The notes under the pieces are model-generated. The model saw only the letters and a program-made list of their open reading frames with translations, was not told the origin of the DNA and made no database searches. A stretch of DNA of 64,000 bases from Leifsonia sp. (GTDB lineage Bacteria; Actinomycetota; Actinomycetes; Actinomycetales; Microbacteriaceae), in assembly GCA_040512695.1 (NCBI GenBank), contig JBEVEO010000176.1, positions 868 through 64,867 on the forward strand, in the 5' to 3' direction. The position numbers were made by a program, and so were the translations under genes. Numbering within the stretch: position 1 is the stretch's first letter; each line of letters opens with the position of its first letter. Below, in pieces: positions 1-9,992 of this stretch.

Positions 1-2
1 AG

Positions 3-788
3 ATGACGGGCGTCCCGACGGGCTTCGCCGATCTCGACGACCTCACCAACGGGTTCCACCCGGGCCAGATGATCATCGTCGCCGCTCGACCTGCGCTCGG
101 AAAGTCGACGCTCGCGCTCGACTTCGCCCGCTCGGCCGCGATCGGCCACGACATGCCCACCATCTTCTTCTCGCTCGAGATGGGGCGTTCCGAGATCGCG
201 ATGCGACTGCTCTCGGCCGAGGCATCCGTTCCCCTGCAGAGCATGCGGAAGGGAACGGTCGACTCGCGCGACTGGACCACGATCGCGGCGACGCGCGGGC
301 GCATCAACGATGCGCCGCTCTACATCGACGACTCGGCCAACATGACGCTCGTCGAGATCCGTGCGAAGTGCCGCCGCCTGAAGCAGCGGGTCGGCCTCAA
401 GATGATCGTCATCGACTACCTCCAGCTCATGACCAGCGGCAAGCGCGTCGAGAGCCGCCAGCAGGAGGTCAGCGAGTTCTCGCGAGCCCTCAAGCTACTC
501 GCGAAGGAGCTCCAGGTTCCCGTCATCGCGCTCTCGCAGCTGAACCGTGGTCCCGAGCAGCGCGCCGACAAGCTGCCGGCCATCTCCGACCTGCGCGAGT
601 CCGGTTCCATCGAGCAGGACGCCGACATGGTGATCCTGCTGCACCGCGAGAGCGCCTACGAGAAGGAGAACCCGCGCGCCGGAGAGGCCGACCTCATCGT
701 CGCCAAGCACCGCAACGGGCCGACGCGCACCGTGACCGTGGCGTTCCACGGCCACTTCTCGCGCTTCGCCGACCTCGCCCAGGCCTGA
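3..788 (+). CDS. dnaB: Replicative DNA helicase DnaB, C-terminal part (5' end outside window)
   Basis: Motifs ARPALGKST (Walker A), IVIDYLQL, LSQLNRG, DLRESGSIEQDAD, KHRNGP. Confidence 0.97.
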   Translation: MTGVPTGFADLDDLTNGFHPGQMIIVAARPALGKSTLALDFARSAAIGHDMPTIFFSLEMGRSEIAMRLLSAEASVPLQSMRKGTVDSRDWTTIAATRGRINDAPLYIDDSANMTLVEIRAKCRRLKQRVGLKMIVIDYLQLMTSGKRVESRQQEVSEFSRALKLLAKELQVPVIALSQLNRGPEQRADKLPAISDLRESGSIEQDADMVILLHRESAYEKENPRAGEADLIVAKHRNGPTRTVTVAFHGHFSRFADLAQA

Positions 789-835
789 GCGCCGGCGGCG
801 GAGGGAACGGCTGAATCCTCCAGAGGAGCACCGGA

Positions 836-1396
836 ATGAGACCGCTTCGATACTCGATCAATGTCACGCTCGACGGCTGCTGCCATCACGAGGCAGGGCT
901 CCCGCCGGACGAGGAGTCGATGCGCTACTGGACTGCCGAGATGGCACGGGCCGATGCCCTGCTGTTCGGCCGGGTGACCTACGAGATGATGGAGTCGGCG
1001 TGGCGCAAGCCGGCCACGGGCGCCTGGCCCGAGTGGATGGCTGAGTGGGAGGTTCCGTTCGCCGAGACCATCGACCGGGCCAGGAAGCACGTCGTGTCGA
1101 GCACGCTGAGCGCGGCCGACTGGAATGCCGAGCTGGTGCGGGGCGACCTGGGGCAGGCGGTTCGTCGGCTCAAGGAGGAGCCGGGTGACGGCCTCTGGGT
1201 CGGCGGAGTGACGCTCCCGCTGGCGCTGGCGGATCTGGGACTGATCGACGAATACGAGTTCGTCGTGCAGCCGGTCCTCGCCGGACACGGGCCCACGGTG
1301 CTCGCCGGTCTGCGCGAGCGCATCCGGCTCGAGCTCGTGGATCGCCATGAGTTCCAGTCGGGCGCGGTCGCCATGCGGTACCGCCCACGCGAGTAA
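836..1396 (+). CDS. Dihydrofolate reductase / RibD C-terminal domain family protein
   Basis: SINVTLDG, LFGRVTYE, WVGG, LIDEY..VQPVLAGHG; RBS GAGGAG upstream. Confidence 0.85.
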   Translation: MRPLRYSINVTLDGCCHHEAGLPPDEESMRYWTAEMARADALLFGRVTYEMMESAWRKPATGAWPEWMAEWEVPFAETIDRARKHVVSSTLSAADWNAELVRGDLGQAVRRLKEEPGDGLWVGGVTLPLALADLGLIDEYEFVVQPVLAGHGPTVLAGLRERIRLELVDRHEFQSGAVAMRYRPRE

Positions 1397-1414
1397 CGGA
1401 TTCTCGACGGATCA

Positions 1415-1448
1415 GCGCAGGCGAGCCCCTGATCGGGCTCACCTGCGC
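1415..1448 (+). terminator. GC-rich stem-loop, probable terminator
   Basis: GCGCAGGCGAGCCC-CTGATC-GGGCTCACCTGCGC, 14-bp stem with one mismatch, just after the 836-1396 stop. Confidence 0.5.
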
Positions 1449-1541
1449 CGGCGCACTGGCGTCGTCCGGACGCGGCGGTCGCGCAGGTCCCGGACGATTA
1501 GACTGGGCAGGATCCCCCTTCTGCAGACGAAAGGTCGCCGC

Positions 1542-2144
1542 GTGGCCCAGCCGGATGCCGCTGCTCTCTCAGCGCGGTACTGGATCGTCCCCGTCGTGCG
1601 GGCGATCCTCGCGTTCGTCCCGGCGATCGCGATCACCTTCATCGCCGACCACTCGGCCGACTTCGGCCTGCTCGTGTTCGGCATCTGGGCGCTCGTCTCC
1701 GGACTCGTGCTCGGAGCACTCGCCCTCCGAACCCTCACGGGCGCGCCGCGCACGCTGTTCGTCGTGAACGGCGTCGCCTCGGCCGTTGCCGGCCTGCTGG
1801 CTCTGAGCTTCCAGGGTGCCGGTCTCGCCCTCTACCTGTTCCTGGTCACGGTGTGGGCGGCCATCACCGGATTCGTCGAGCTCTACGCCGGCCTCCGGGA
1901 GCGTTCGCGCTCCGCCCGCGCGGGCATCCGCTCCGCCGTCGCCCGCGACTGGATCAGCGTGGGCGCCGCGACCGCCGTGTTCGCCGTCGTCTACCTGCTG
2001 CTGCCGCCGAACGCCGTCGTGGCCATCGGCCTGCTCGGCGCCTATCTCGTCATCATCGGCGTCTACCTCGCGATCGCCGGGTTCTCCCTCAAGTGGGACG
2101 GTGCCCGTACGACCTCAGCCCCCGAAACCGAAGAAGTCGCATGA
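1542..2144 (+). CDS. HdeD/DUF308-like membrane protein
   Basis: About six hydrophobic segments in repeated pattern (WAAITGFVELYAG); GTG start after GAAAGG. Confidence 0.7.
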   Translation: MAQPDAAALSARYWIVPVVRAILAFVPAIAITFIADHSADFGLLVFGIWALVSGLVLGALALRTLTGAPRTLFVVNGVASAVAGLLALSFQGAGLALYLFLVTVWAAITGFVELYAGLRERSRSARAGIRSAVARDWISVGAATAVFAVVYLLLPPNAVVAIGLLGAYLVIIGVYLAIAGFSLKWDGARTTSAPETEEVA

Positions 2145-2416
2145 GCCAGCCCCCCGTACCCCAGCCGAGCCGTCGCGACCTGCTGCGGCCCATCGAGATG
2201 GTGGGAGGCGCCGCGATCGCGGCCATCTTCGTGGGCCTCATCGTGCTCATGGTGACCAGGGAGCCGGTGCTCGCGGTCATCTCGCTCGGCATCGTCTTCA
2301 TCGTCGTGCTCGTGGTCCTGGCGATGTTCGCCATCACCATGAAGCCGAACGACGCCGAGAACGCCGACATCGACGAGCAGAACGGCGAAGGCCCCGACCG
2401 TCCGTCGGGTCACTGA
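2141..2416 (+). CDS. Small two-TM membrane protein (91 aa)
   Basis: ATGA overlap with previous stop; MSQPPVPQPSRRDLLRP then two TM helices and an acidic tail. Confidence 0.75.
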   Translation: MSQPPVPQPSRRDLLRPIEMVGGAAIAAIFVGLIVLMVTREPVLAVISLGIVFIVVLVVLAMFAITMKPNDAENADIDEQNGEGPDRPSGH

Positions 2417-2480
2417 CGCCGTCGCGGCACTGCCGCAGTCGCGCTTCTGACGGCGGATTCGCCGGCGCGCCCTGGGCGCG

Positions 2481-3860
2481 TCAGCCCAGGTAGTCGACGA
2501 GTTCCGCAGCGAGGCCGATGTACCCGGCCGGCGACAGCGTGAGCAGGCGCGCCTTCGCCTCGTCGCCGATGTCGAGGCCGGAGACGAACTCCTCGAGGTC
2601 GGACCGGCCGATCCGGTGCCCGCGCGTCAGGTCTTTGAGCTTCGCGTACGGGTCGGCGATGGAGGAGCGTCCGGCGACGACCTCGGCGCGGATCACCGTC
2701 TGGATCGCCTCGCCGAGCACCTCCCAGTTGGCGTCGAGATCGGCTGCGAGAGCCGCCTCGTCGAGGGCGATCTCGCCGAGTCCGCGCTGGATGTTGTCGA
2801 GGGCCAGCAGCGAGTGCCCGAAGCCGACGCCGATGTTGCGCTGCGCGCTCGAGTCCGTGAGGTCGCGCTGCAGCCGGCTGGTCACGAGGGTGGCCGCGAG
2901 CGAGTCGAGGATGGCGGAGGAGAGCTCGAGGTTGGCCTCCGCGTTCTCGAAGCGGATGGGGTTGATCTTGTGCGGCATGGTCGAGGATCCCGTGGCGCCG
3001 GCCACCGGGATCTGGCGGAAGTAGCCCATCGAGATGTAAGTCCAGACGTCCGTCGCGAGGTTGTGCAGCACCCGGTTCGCGTGCGAGACCCGGTTGTAGA
3101 GCTCGGCCTGCCAGTCGTGCGACTCGATCTGGGTGGTGAGCGGGTTCCAGGTGAGGCCGAGTCCCTCGACGAACTCCCGCGAGACGGCGCGCCAGTCGAC
3201 GTCGGGGGCCGCGGCGAGGTGGGCCGCGAAGGTCCCGGTGGCGCCCGAGAACTTGCCGAGGTACTCGGTGGCCTCGACCTGCACGGCGATCCGCGACAGG
3301 CGGTGGGCGAACACGGCCAGTTCCTTGCCCATGGTGGTGGGCGTCGCGGGCTGGCCGTGGGTGTGCGCCAGCATCGGCACGGCACGGTGCTCGACGGCGA
3401 GGCGGGTGATGGTAGTGATGACGCCGGCGAGCTTCGGAAGCCAGACGGTCGTGACGGCGTCGCGCACGGTGAGGGCGTACGACAGGTTGTTGATGTCCTC
3501 GCTCGTGCAGGCGAAGTGCGTGAGCTCGGCGATCGCATCGAGGCCCTGGGCGTGCAGGGCGTCGCGGACGAAGTACTCCACGGCCTTCACGTCGTGCCGG
3601 GTGCGCGCCTCGTGCGCCCCGATCGCGTCGATGGATGCCTGGCCGAAGTCGGTCGCGAGGGCCCGCAGCGCCGACTTCTGCGCCTCCGTCAGCGGCGATG
3701 AGCCGAAGAAGCCGCGATCGGTGAGGAAGATGAGCCACTCCACCTCGACGTGCACGCGGGCGCGGTTGAGTCCCGCCTCGGACAGGAACTCGCCCAGGTC
3801 GCTGACGGCGCCCTGGTAGCGGCCGTCGAGTGGGCTGAGGGGCTGGGCGGGCAGGCTCAT
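2481..3860 (-). CDS. purB: Adenylosuccinate lyase
   Basis: LSPLDGRY, HDVKAVEY, TSEDINN, THGQPA, GSSTMPHKINP fumarase-family signature. Confidence 0.97.
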   Translation of the reverse strand: MSLPAQPLSPLDGRYQGAVSDLGEFLSEAGLNRARVHVEVEWLIFLTDRGFFGSSPLTEAQKSALRALATDFGQASIDAIGAHEARTRHDVKAVEYFVRDALHAQGLDAIAELTHFACTSEDINNLSYALTVRDAVTTVWLPKLAGVITTITRLAVEHRAVPMLAHTHGQPATPTTMGKELAVFAHRLSRIAVQVEATEYLGKFSGATGTFAAHLAAAPDVDWRAVSREFVEGLGLTWNPLTTQIESHDWQAELYNRVSHANRVLHNLATDVWTYISMGYFRQIPVAGATGSSTMPHKINPIRFENAEANLELSSAILDSLAATLVTSRLQRDLTDSSAQRNIGVGFGHSLLALDNIQRGLGEIALDEAALAADLDANWEVLGEAIQTVIRAEVVAGRSSIADPYAKLKDLTRGHRIGRSDLEEFVSGLDIGDEAKARLLTLSPAGYIGLAAELVDYLG

Positions 3861-3985
3861 GGGTGTCCCTGTCTGGGTTCGAGGGGAGGAGGAGGACGCG
3901 CCGTTCGGCCGCGGTCCTCCCCTATCATCCCAAGAAAGCGCGGCCACCCCAAGATCGCGCGGGAGGACCAGGGAGACGACGAGGC

Positions 3986-4864
3986 GTGGATGCCCCCGGG
4001 GCCGACATCACGGTGGACGCCGTGCTCGTCGAGCGGCTCGTCGGCGAGCAGCATCCCGACCTGGCCGGGCCCGTTGTTCCGGTCGCGAACGGCTGGGACA
4101 ACGCCATCTTCCGCCTCGGCGACGGCCTGGCCGTCCGGATGCCGCGGCGCCGGGTGGCCGCGGAACTCGTCGAGCATGAGCAGCGCTGGCTGCCCGCGCT
4201 CGCACCTGTGCTCCCGGTCGCCATCCCCGTCCCGGTCCGCGTGGGGCTCCCGACGCCGGACTATCCCTGGCACTGGTCGATCGTGCCGTGGTTCGACGGC
4301 CGCGCCGCAGCCGAGTCGACCCCGGCCGAGCGTCACGCCGCCGCCCGGCCGCTCGCCGAGTTCGTGCACGCCCTGGCGGTTCCCGCGCCGTCGGATGCCC
4401 CGCGGAACCCGTTCCGCGGGGTGCCGCTGGCCGCCCGGGACGCGAGCATCCATGCCCGCCTGGCGAGCGGTCGACTGCCGCGTTCCGCTGAGCTCGGCGT
4501 TCTCTGGGACCGTCTCTCCACCGTCGCGCCCTGGAGCGGACGGCCGCTCTGGGTGCACGGTGACCTGCATCCCGGGAACCTCGTCGTCGTTCCGGGCGGG
4601 ATCGCCGTGATCGACTTCGGCGATCTCACCGCTGGGGACCCGGCCACCGACCTGGCGACGGCGTGGCTGAGCTTCGACCCGGCCGGTCGGGCGGCCTTCC
4701 GGCAACGGATGGAGGAGCTGCGGGAGATCGACGCCGCCACCTGGCAACGGGCGCGGGCATGGGCGATGGTCCTGGGCAGCGCGATCGTCGACGCGGTCGC
4801 CGGTGACGGTCCGATCGCGAGGGTCGGCCGGCACGCCCTGGACCAGGTGCTGCTCGAGGAGTAG
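3986..4864 (+). CDS. Aminoglycoside phosphotransferase (APH)-family kinase, substrate unknown
   Basis: GWDN, HGDLHPGN (Brenner motif), IDFGD, GDPATDLA; start codon approximate. Confidence 0.85.
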   Translation: MDAPGADITVDAVLVERLVGEQHPDLAGPVVPVANGWDNAIFRLGDGLAVRMPRRRVAAELVEHEQRWLPALAPVLPVAIPVPVRVGLPTPDYPWHWSIVPWFDGRAAAESTPAERHAAARPLAEFVHALAVPAPSDAPRNPFRGVPLAARDASIHARLASGRLPRSAELGVLWDRLSTVAPWSGRPLWVHGDLHPGNLVVVPGGIAVIDFGDLTAGDPATDLATAWLSFDPAGRAAFRQRMEELREIDAATWQRARAWAMVLGSAIVDAVAGDGPIARVGRHALDQVLLEE

Positions 4865-4869
4865 TCGCG

Positions 4870-5385
4870 TCAGGCGCGCAGGCGCAGCGCGGGCGCCAAC
4901 TGGCGGAACAGTGCCGCCGTCGCCCGTTCGATCATCGCCAGGACCGCGTCGAACATCTCCGGATCGGAGTAGTACGGATCGGGAACGTCCTGGAGCGCCG
5001 CCTGGTCGGGGTCGAAGCTCAGCAGCATCCGCACCTTGTCGCGCTGGTCGTCGTCATGCGCCCAGTTGCGGAGGATCCGCTCCTGCGAGCGGTCGAAGAC
5101 CACGATCAGGTCGAGGTCGTCGAAGGACGCCGGGTCGTACTGGCGGGCGCGATGCCGCGTCCCGTCGTAGCCGCGCGCCGCGAGAGCCGCGATCGTGCGC
5201 TCATCCGCCTGCTCGCCGACATGCCAGTCGCCGGTGCCCGCCGACGTCACATGCACGAGGGCCGTGAGACCGGCCTGAGCCACCTGTTCGCGGAGCACGA
5301 TCTCCGCCATCGGCGACCGGCAGATGTTGCCCGTGCACACGAAGGAGATGCGAAAGGGGACCGCGTCGTCGGGTACGGGAGGCAT
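4870..5385 (-). CDS. ptpA: Low-molecular-weight protein-tyrosine phosphatase
   Basis: VCTGNICRSPMAE P-loop and DPYY general-acid loop. Confidence 0.92.
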   Translation of the reverse strand: MPPVPDDAVPFRISFVCTGNICRSPMAEIVLREQVAQAGLTALVHVTSAGTGDWHVGEQADERTIAALAARGYDGTRHRARQYDPASFDDLDLIVVFDRSQERILRNWAHDDDQRDKVRMLLSFDPDQAALQDVPDPYYSDPEMFDAVLAMIERATAALFRQLAPALRLRA

Positions 5386-5529
5386 GCGACCATTCTGGCC
5401 GACAGTCGGGTCCTGCACACCCGTTCGATCCGCAGAAAAATCCTCGGATGCATGCGGCTCCACCGCTCCGGCCCGGGAGGGCGGCACGCTGGAGTCGACG
5501 CTGGAATCGACGGCCGACGGGAGGGGCGG

Positions 5530-5748
5530 ATGACGGACCGGGATGCCCTCCTGCACGTGCTGCACCGGCTGCGCAGAGAGGTGGAGGTCGCCTCGGACCG
5601 CGCGACCTTCACGCCGGAGCGCTGGCACTCCCCCGCCCAGCGCGCCTGCGCCGAGCGGATGGCGGAACTGCACCACGACCTCCGCGGGCTCGCGATGGAC
5701 CTCGACCGGGCTCTCGACCTGGCTGCGGCGTCGACGGTTCCCGGATGA
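5530..5748 (+). CDS. Small helical protein (72 aa), WXG100-like
   Basis: GGAGGGG RBS; helix-W(H)S-helix layout; stop overlaps next ATG (ATGA). Confidence 0.6.
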   Translation: MTDRDALLHVLHRLRREVEVASDRATFTPERWHSPAQRACAERMAELHHDLRGLAMDLDRALDLAAASTVPG

Positions 5749-7226
5749 TCGTGCCGCTGCGTACGACCGGGTCGCACGACGGCGGGCCCCTCATGGTCTC
5801 GGGTGGCGGTTCGACAGCCGTCGCCACCGACGAGCTGATCGCGCTCTGCGCGGGGCTCCGCGACCTGGCGTTGCACGGCTCCGCCTGGAGCGACACGCTC
5901 GGCGCCCTGCGCTGGAGCTGCACCGATGCGGCCCTCGACGACGCCGTGGGCACCGCCCGCAGCCGAGCAGCCGCGATCGCCGCCGGTGCCGACGGACTCG
6001 CCGGGCGGCTGGCCGAGGCGGCCGATTCCTACGGCGCCGCCGAACGCGCCGGCGCACGCATCCGGGAGCAGGTGGGCGGAATCCTCGGCTGGTTCGCCGG
6101 CTTCCTCGGCCTCGCCATCGCTCCGGCACTGCTCGTGACCGGTGCGGCCGTCACCGCCGAGGTGCTGCTGGCCTGGATCGCCGTGCAGGGGGTTCGGCGA
6201 CTGCGCGGCGACCCGGTCGACGATCCGGCCGAGTGGCTGCAACGGCATGCCGGCGTCATCAACTCCCCGGCCACGGTGGCCGTCCTCCGCGTCCTCGTGT
6301 CGTCGGTGGACGACATGGCGGCAGGCGCCGTCCGGGTACCGCTGCCCGTCGCACGGGGCCTCGGCGATTCCGGTGCGGGAGTCGTCGGTGTGGACACCTC
6401 CGCCATGGGCGTGCTGCTCCTGGGCGGACTGTTCGGCTTCCTGCGGGAGACCCCCGTTCGATCGCGGGAGGTGGGCGAGGACGGGGAACGGCTTCCGTCC
6501 CGGTCGCGGCGCGGAGCCGACACCGGACCACCACCAGGACGACCGGTCGCTCCCCCGTCGGGGATCGGCGGGCTGCTCGACAGGGTGCCGACCGCATCCG
6601 TGGACGGCCCGCAGGTGCGCATCGAGCGCTACGACGATGCCGAAGGCACGGCCTGGGTCGCGTACATCGGCGGCACGGTGTCGTGGGATGCCGGTGACTC
6701 CTCCGAGCCATGGGACCTGACGAGCAATGTGCACGGCGTCGCCGGATCGGACACCGGTTCGTATCGGGCCGTGATCGACGCTCTCGAGCAGGCCGGGGTC
6801 GATGATGGCGACCGGGTGCTGGCGGTCGGCCACTCCCAGGGCGGCCTGCTCGCCGCTCGCCTCGCCGCCGACGAGCGCTTCGCGGCGACGGGGCTCGTCA
6901 CGGCCGGTGCGCCGATCGGGCAGGTCGGCCTCCCCGGCGACGTGCCGGTGCTGCAGCTCGAGCACACCGACGACCTGGTGCCCGCCCTCGGCGGCTTCGC
7001 TCCGGAGGACCCCTCCCCGGAGCACCTCATGGTGCGACGCGAGTTCCTCGCGGATCGCGCGGAACCCGTCACCGGCTGGGTGCCCGCCCACGATCTGAGC
7101 GGCTACCGCGAGACCGCGCGTGTCGCCGACGCGTCAGCCGACCCCAGGCTCGAGCGCATCAGGACCGAGCTCGGCCGCATCAGCGGGTCCGGATCCGCCA
7201 CGTGGTGGCGGGGCGAGCGGCGCTGA
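5745..7226 (+). CDS. Alpha/beta hydrolase (lipase-like) with helical N-terminal extension
   Basis: YIGGT, VGHSQGG nucleophile elbow, TAGAP, HTDDLVP, PAHD. Confidence 0.8.
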   Translation: MIVPLRTTGSHDGGPLMVSGGGSTAVATDELIALCAGLRDLALHGSAWSDTLGALRWSCTDAALDDAVGTARSRAAAIAAGADGLAGRLAEAADSYGAAERAGARIREQVGGILGWFAGFLGLAIAPALLVTGAAVTAEVLLAWIAVQGVRRLRGDPVDDPAEWLQRHAGVINSPATVAVLRVLVSSVDDMAAGAVRVPLPVARGLGDSGAGVVGVDTSAMGVLLLGGLFGFLRETPVRSREVGEDGERLPSRSRRGADTGPPPGRPVAPPSGIGGLLDRVPTASVDGPQVRIERYDDAEGTAWVAYIGGTVSWDAGDSSEPWDLTSNVHGVAGSDTGSYRAVIDALEQAGVDDGDRVLAVGHSQGGLLAARLAADERFAATGLVTAGAPIGQVGLPGDVPVLQLEHTDDLVPALGGFAPEDPSPEHLMVRREFLADRAEPVTGWVPAHDLSGYRETARVADASADPRLERIRTELGRISGSGSATWWRGERR

Positions 7227-7238
7227 CCGGGGCGCCGG

Positions 7239-7625
7239 TCACTCCGCGCGGCGCGGGCGGATGATCAGGCCGAGCAGCCAGCTGATGATGGCCAGCACGA
7301 GCGCTCCGAGCACGCCCCACCAGAAGCTCTCGACGACGAGTCCGAAGCCGAGAAGGCTGCTGATCCACGAGACGAGCAGCAGCAGCAGGGCGTTCACGAT
7401 GAGGGCGAGGAGGCCGAGCGTCAGCACGTACAGCGGGAAGGCGATGACCCGGATGGCGGTCCCCACGATGCCGTTGACGAGGCCGAAGATGAGGCCGACG
7501 AGCAGGTACGTGAGGATGGTCGCGAGCTCCGTGTCCTCGTAGGGGACGACGCGCACACCGCTGACGATGAAGGTCGTGAACCAGATGGCGACGGCGTTGA
7601 CGACGACTCGGAGAAGGAATCTCAT
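7239..7625 (-). CDS. Phage-holin-4/YvlD-like 4-TM membrane protein
   Basis: MRFLLRVVVNA..GLVN..P..LTLGL..VNALLL pattern. Confidence 0.85.
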   Translation of the reverse strand: MRFLLRVVVNAVAIWFTTFIVSGVRVVPYEDTELATILTYLLVGLIFGLVNGIVGTAIRVIAFPLYVLTLGLLALIVNALLLLLVSWISSLLGFGLVVESFWWGVLGALVLAIISWLLGLIIRPRRAE

Positions 7626-7717
7626 GATTCCACTATGGCATCAGGGGTCCCCGACGGGCGATCGGCACCCCGCATCGCATGCCCCTCGGGGAATCGAGCG
7701 TGTCTAGACTCATCAGG

Positions 7718-8851
7718 GTGACCGCAGCAACGCCTTCGTCGAACGCCGCCGAGCCGCCGACGGCCGGAGTCCGGCTCCGCCCCGAGATCGCCGCCCTCCC
7801 CCCGTACCGGCAGGGCCGGGGTGCTGCGGCCGACGCCTACAAGCTGTCCAGCAACGAGAATCCGTACGACCCGCTGCCGGGAGTCGCCCAGGCCGTTGCC
7901 GCCGCCGGTGATTTCAACCGCTATCCGGACGCCTCCGCGCTCGCCTTGCGCGAGCGGCTGGCCGAGCGGTTCGGGCGGAGCGCCGACGAGGTGCACATCG
8001 GCGCCGGATCCGTCGCCATCCTCTCCCAGCTGGTGCTCGCCACGTCGGGCCCCGGCGACGAGGTCGTGTACTCCTGGCGCTCGTTCGAGGCCTACCCCGG
8101 CCTCGTGACCGTCGCAGGGGCGACGAGCGTGCCGGTGCCGAATCGGCCGGACCACGGGCACGACCTGCCCGCCATGGCCGCTGCGGTGACGGATGCGACC
8201 CGCCTCGTGATCGTCTGCACCCCCAACAACCCGACCGGCACGATCGTCACGGCGGAGGAGTTCTCGGCGTTCATGGCCCTCGTGCCGTCCGACGTGCTCG
8301 TGGTCCTCGACGAGGCCTACGCGGAGTTCGTGACGGAGCCGCGAGCCGTCAACGGCGTGCCCCTGCTGGCCCACTACCCCAATCTCGTGGTGCTCCGCAC
8401 CTTCTCCAAGGCGTACGGCCTCGCCGGGCTCCGGGTCGGCTACGCGCTCGGCCCCGTCGCCGTCCTCGACGCCGCCCGCTCGACGGCGATCCCGCTCTCG
8501 GTCACCGGACAGGCGACAGCGGCCGCGATCGCCTCCCTCGCGGCCGAGGTCGAACTGCTCGAGCGCGTCCAGCACATCGTCGCGAGGCGCGACGCCGTCC
8601 ACCGCGGCCTGGTCGAGCGCGGCTGGAACGTGCCGAAGCCGTCGGGCAACTTCATCTGGCTGCCGACGGGCGCGGAGACCGCTGCCGCTGCCGACCGTCT
8701 GTTCGAAGCCGGGCTCGTGGTTCGGGCGTTCCCCCCGGAGGGCATCCGGATCTCGATCGGAGAGGAAGAATCGGTGGAGAGACTCCTACAGATCTCCGAA
8801 GAGATTGTGCGATCTCTACCAGAGGGGCATTCCGCCCGGCGGATAGCGTAG
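7718..8851 (+). CDS. PLP aminotransferase, HisC family (probable aromatic amino acid aminotransferase Pat)
   Basis: [39 protein letters not shown]; -10 TAGACT 7 nt before GTG. Confidence 0.9.
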   Translation: MTAATPSSNAAEPPTAGVRLRPEIAALPPYRQGRGAAADAYKLSSNENPYDPLPGVAQAVAAAGDFNRYPDASALALRERLAERFGRSADEVHIGAGSVAILSQLVLATSGPGDEVVYSWRSFEAYPGLVTVAGATSVPVPNRPDHGHDLPAMAAAVTDATRLVIVCTPNNPTGTIVTAEEFSAFMALVPSDVLVVLDEAYAEFVTEPRAVNGVPLLAHYPNLVVLRTFSKAYGLAGLRVGYALGPVAVLDAARSTAIPLSVTGQATAAAIASLAAEVELLERVQHIVARRDAVHRGLVERGWNVPKPSGNFIWLPTGAETAAAADRLFEAGLVVRAFPPEGIRISIGEEESVERLLQISEEIVRSLPEGHSARRIA

Positions 8852-8855
8852 AGAA

Positions 8856-9992
8856 ATGGTTGCCAGCTCGAACGACTTCAGCGTGCCGATGGTGCAGCTG
8901 CTCGGCCCCGATGGAACCTTCGCCCCGAACGAAGCGGCCGAGGAGTTCCTCCCCTACTTCGAGCGGCTGACCGAGGACGACTACCGGCGGTTCTACCGCG
9001 AGATGGTGGTGGTGCGGCGCTTCGACCGTGAGGCGGCCAACCTGCAGCGCCAGGGCCAGCTCGCCCTCTGGGTGCCGAGCCACGGGCAGGAGGCCGCCCA
9101 GGTGGGCTCAGCCGCGGCCACCCGTCCGCAGGACCACATCTTCCCGTCCTACCGCGAGCACGTCGTCGGCATGATGCGCGGCCTCGACGTCGTCGACATC
9201 CTGCGGATGCTCAAGGGGCTGACGCTCGGCGGCTGGGTGCCGGAGGAGAACGGCAACTTCCACCTCTACACGCTCGTGCTCGCATCGCAGACCCTGCATG
9301 CCACGGGCTACGCCATGGGCATGCAGTTCGACGGCGCGACGGCGACCGGCGACCCGGAACGCGACGAGGCCGTCGTGGTCTACTTCGGCGACGGTGCATC
9401 CTCGCAGGGCGACGCCAGCGAGGCGCTGGTCTTCGCCGCGAGCTACCAGACCCCCCAGGTGTTCTTCCTGCAGAACAACGGCTGGGCGATCTCGGTGCCG
9501 TCGAGCCGGCAGTCGCGCACGCCGTTCGCGCTGCGCGGCCACGGCTTCGGCATGCGAGCGAACCGCATCGACGGCAACGACGTCTTCGCCAGCTACGCGG
9601 TGACCGCCAAGCACCTCGACGATGCGCGTGCCGGCAACGGCCCGGCGCTCATCGAGGCCATGACCTACCGCATCGGCGCCCACACCACCGCCGACGACCC
9701 GACCAAGTACCGCCTCGACGCCGACCTGGAGAGCTGGCTCCAGCGGGATCCCATCGTCCGGCTCAAGGCGTTCCTGCAGGGCCGAGGCGTCGAGCAGGAG
9801 TTCCTGGACGACGTCGATGAGCAGGCGGCCGACTTCGCCGCCGACGCGCGACGCCGTGCGCTGGAGGTCATCGCGCCCGATCAGGACGTGATCTTCGACA
9901 ACGTCTATGCCGAGGCGCATTCGACCCTGGTGGAGGAGCGGGCCTGGTTCGAGGCCTACGAGGCGTCATTCGACGAGGAGGTGTCGTCATGA
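8856..9992 (+). CDS. pdhA: Pyruvate / branched-chain 2-oxoacid dehydrogenase E1 alpha
   Basis: GQEAAQVG, PSYREH, FGDGA..NN TPP motif, HTTADDP. Confidence 0.9.
   Translation: MVASSNDFSVPMVQLLGPDGTFAPNEAAEEFLPYFERLTEDDYRRFYREMVVVRRFDREAANLQRQGQLALWVPSHGQEAAQVGSAAATRPQDHIFPSYREHVVGMMRGLDVVDILRMLKGLTLGGWVPEENGNFHLYTLVLASQTLHATGYAMGMQFDGATATGDPERDEAVVVYFGDGASSQGDASEALVFAASYQTPQVFFLQNNGWAISVPSSRQSRTPFALRGHGFGMRANRIDGNDVFASYAVTAKHLDDARAGNGPALIEAMTYRIGAHTTADDPTKYRLDADLESWLQRDPIVRLKAFLQGRGVEQEFLDDVDEQAADFAADARRRALEVIAPDQDVIFDNVYAEAHSTLVEERAWFEAYEASFDEEVSS

Noticed and set aside
3-788. Intein in DnaB
   Set aside because: The helicase motifs are contiguous with no insertion in the visible part
3986-4864. 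Aminoglycoside resistance gene
   Set aside because: Only general APH-fold motifs; chromosomal context with no mobile features; substrate cannot be inferred
7239-7625. Prophage remnant suggested by a holin-family protein
   Set aside because: Lone YvlD-type membrane protein among housekeeping genes; no endolysin, integrase or structural genes
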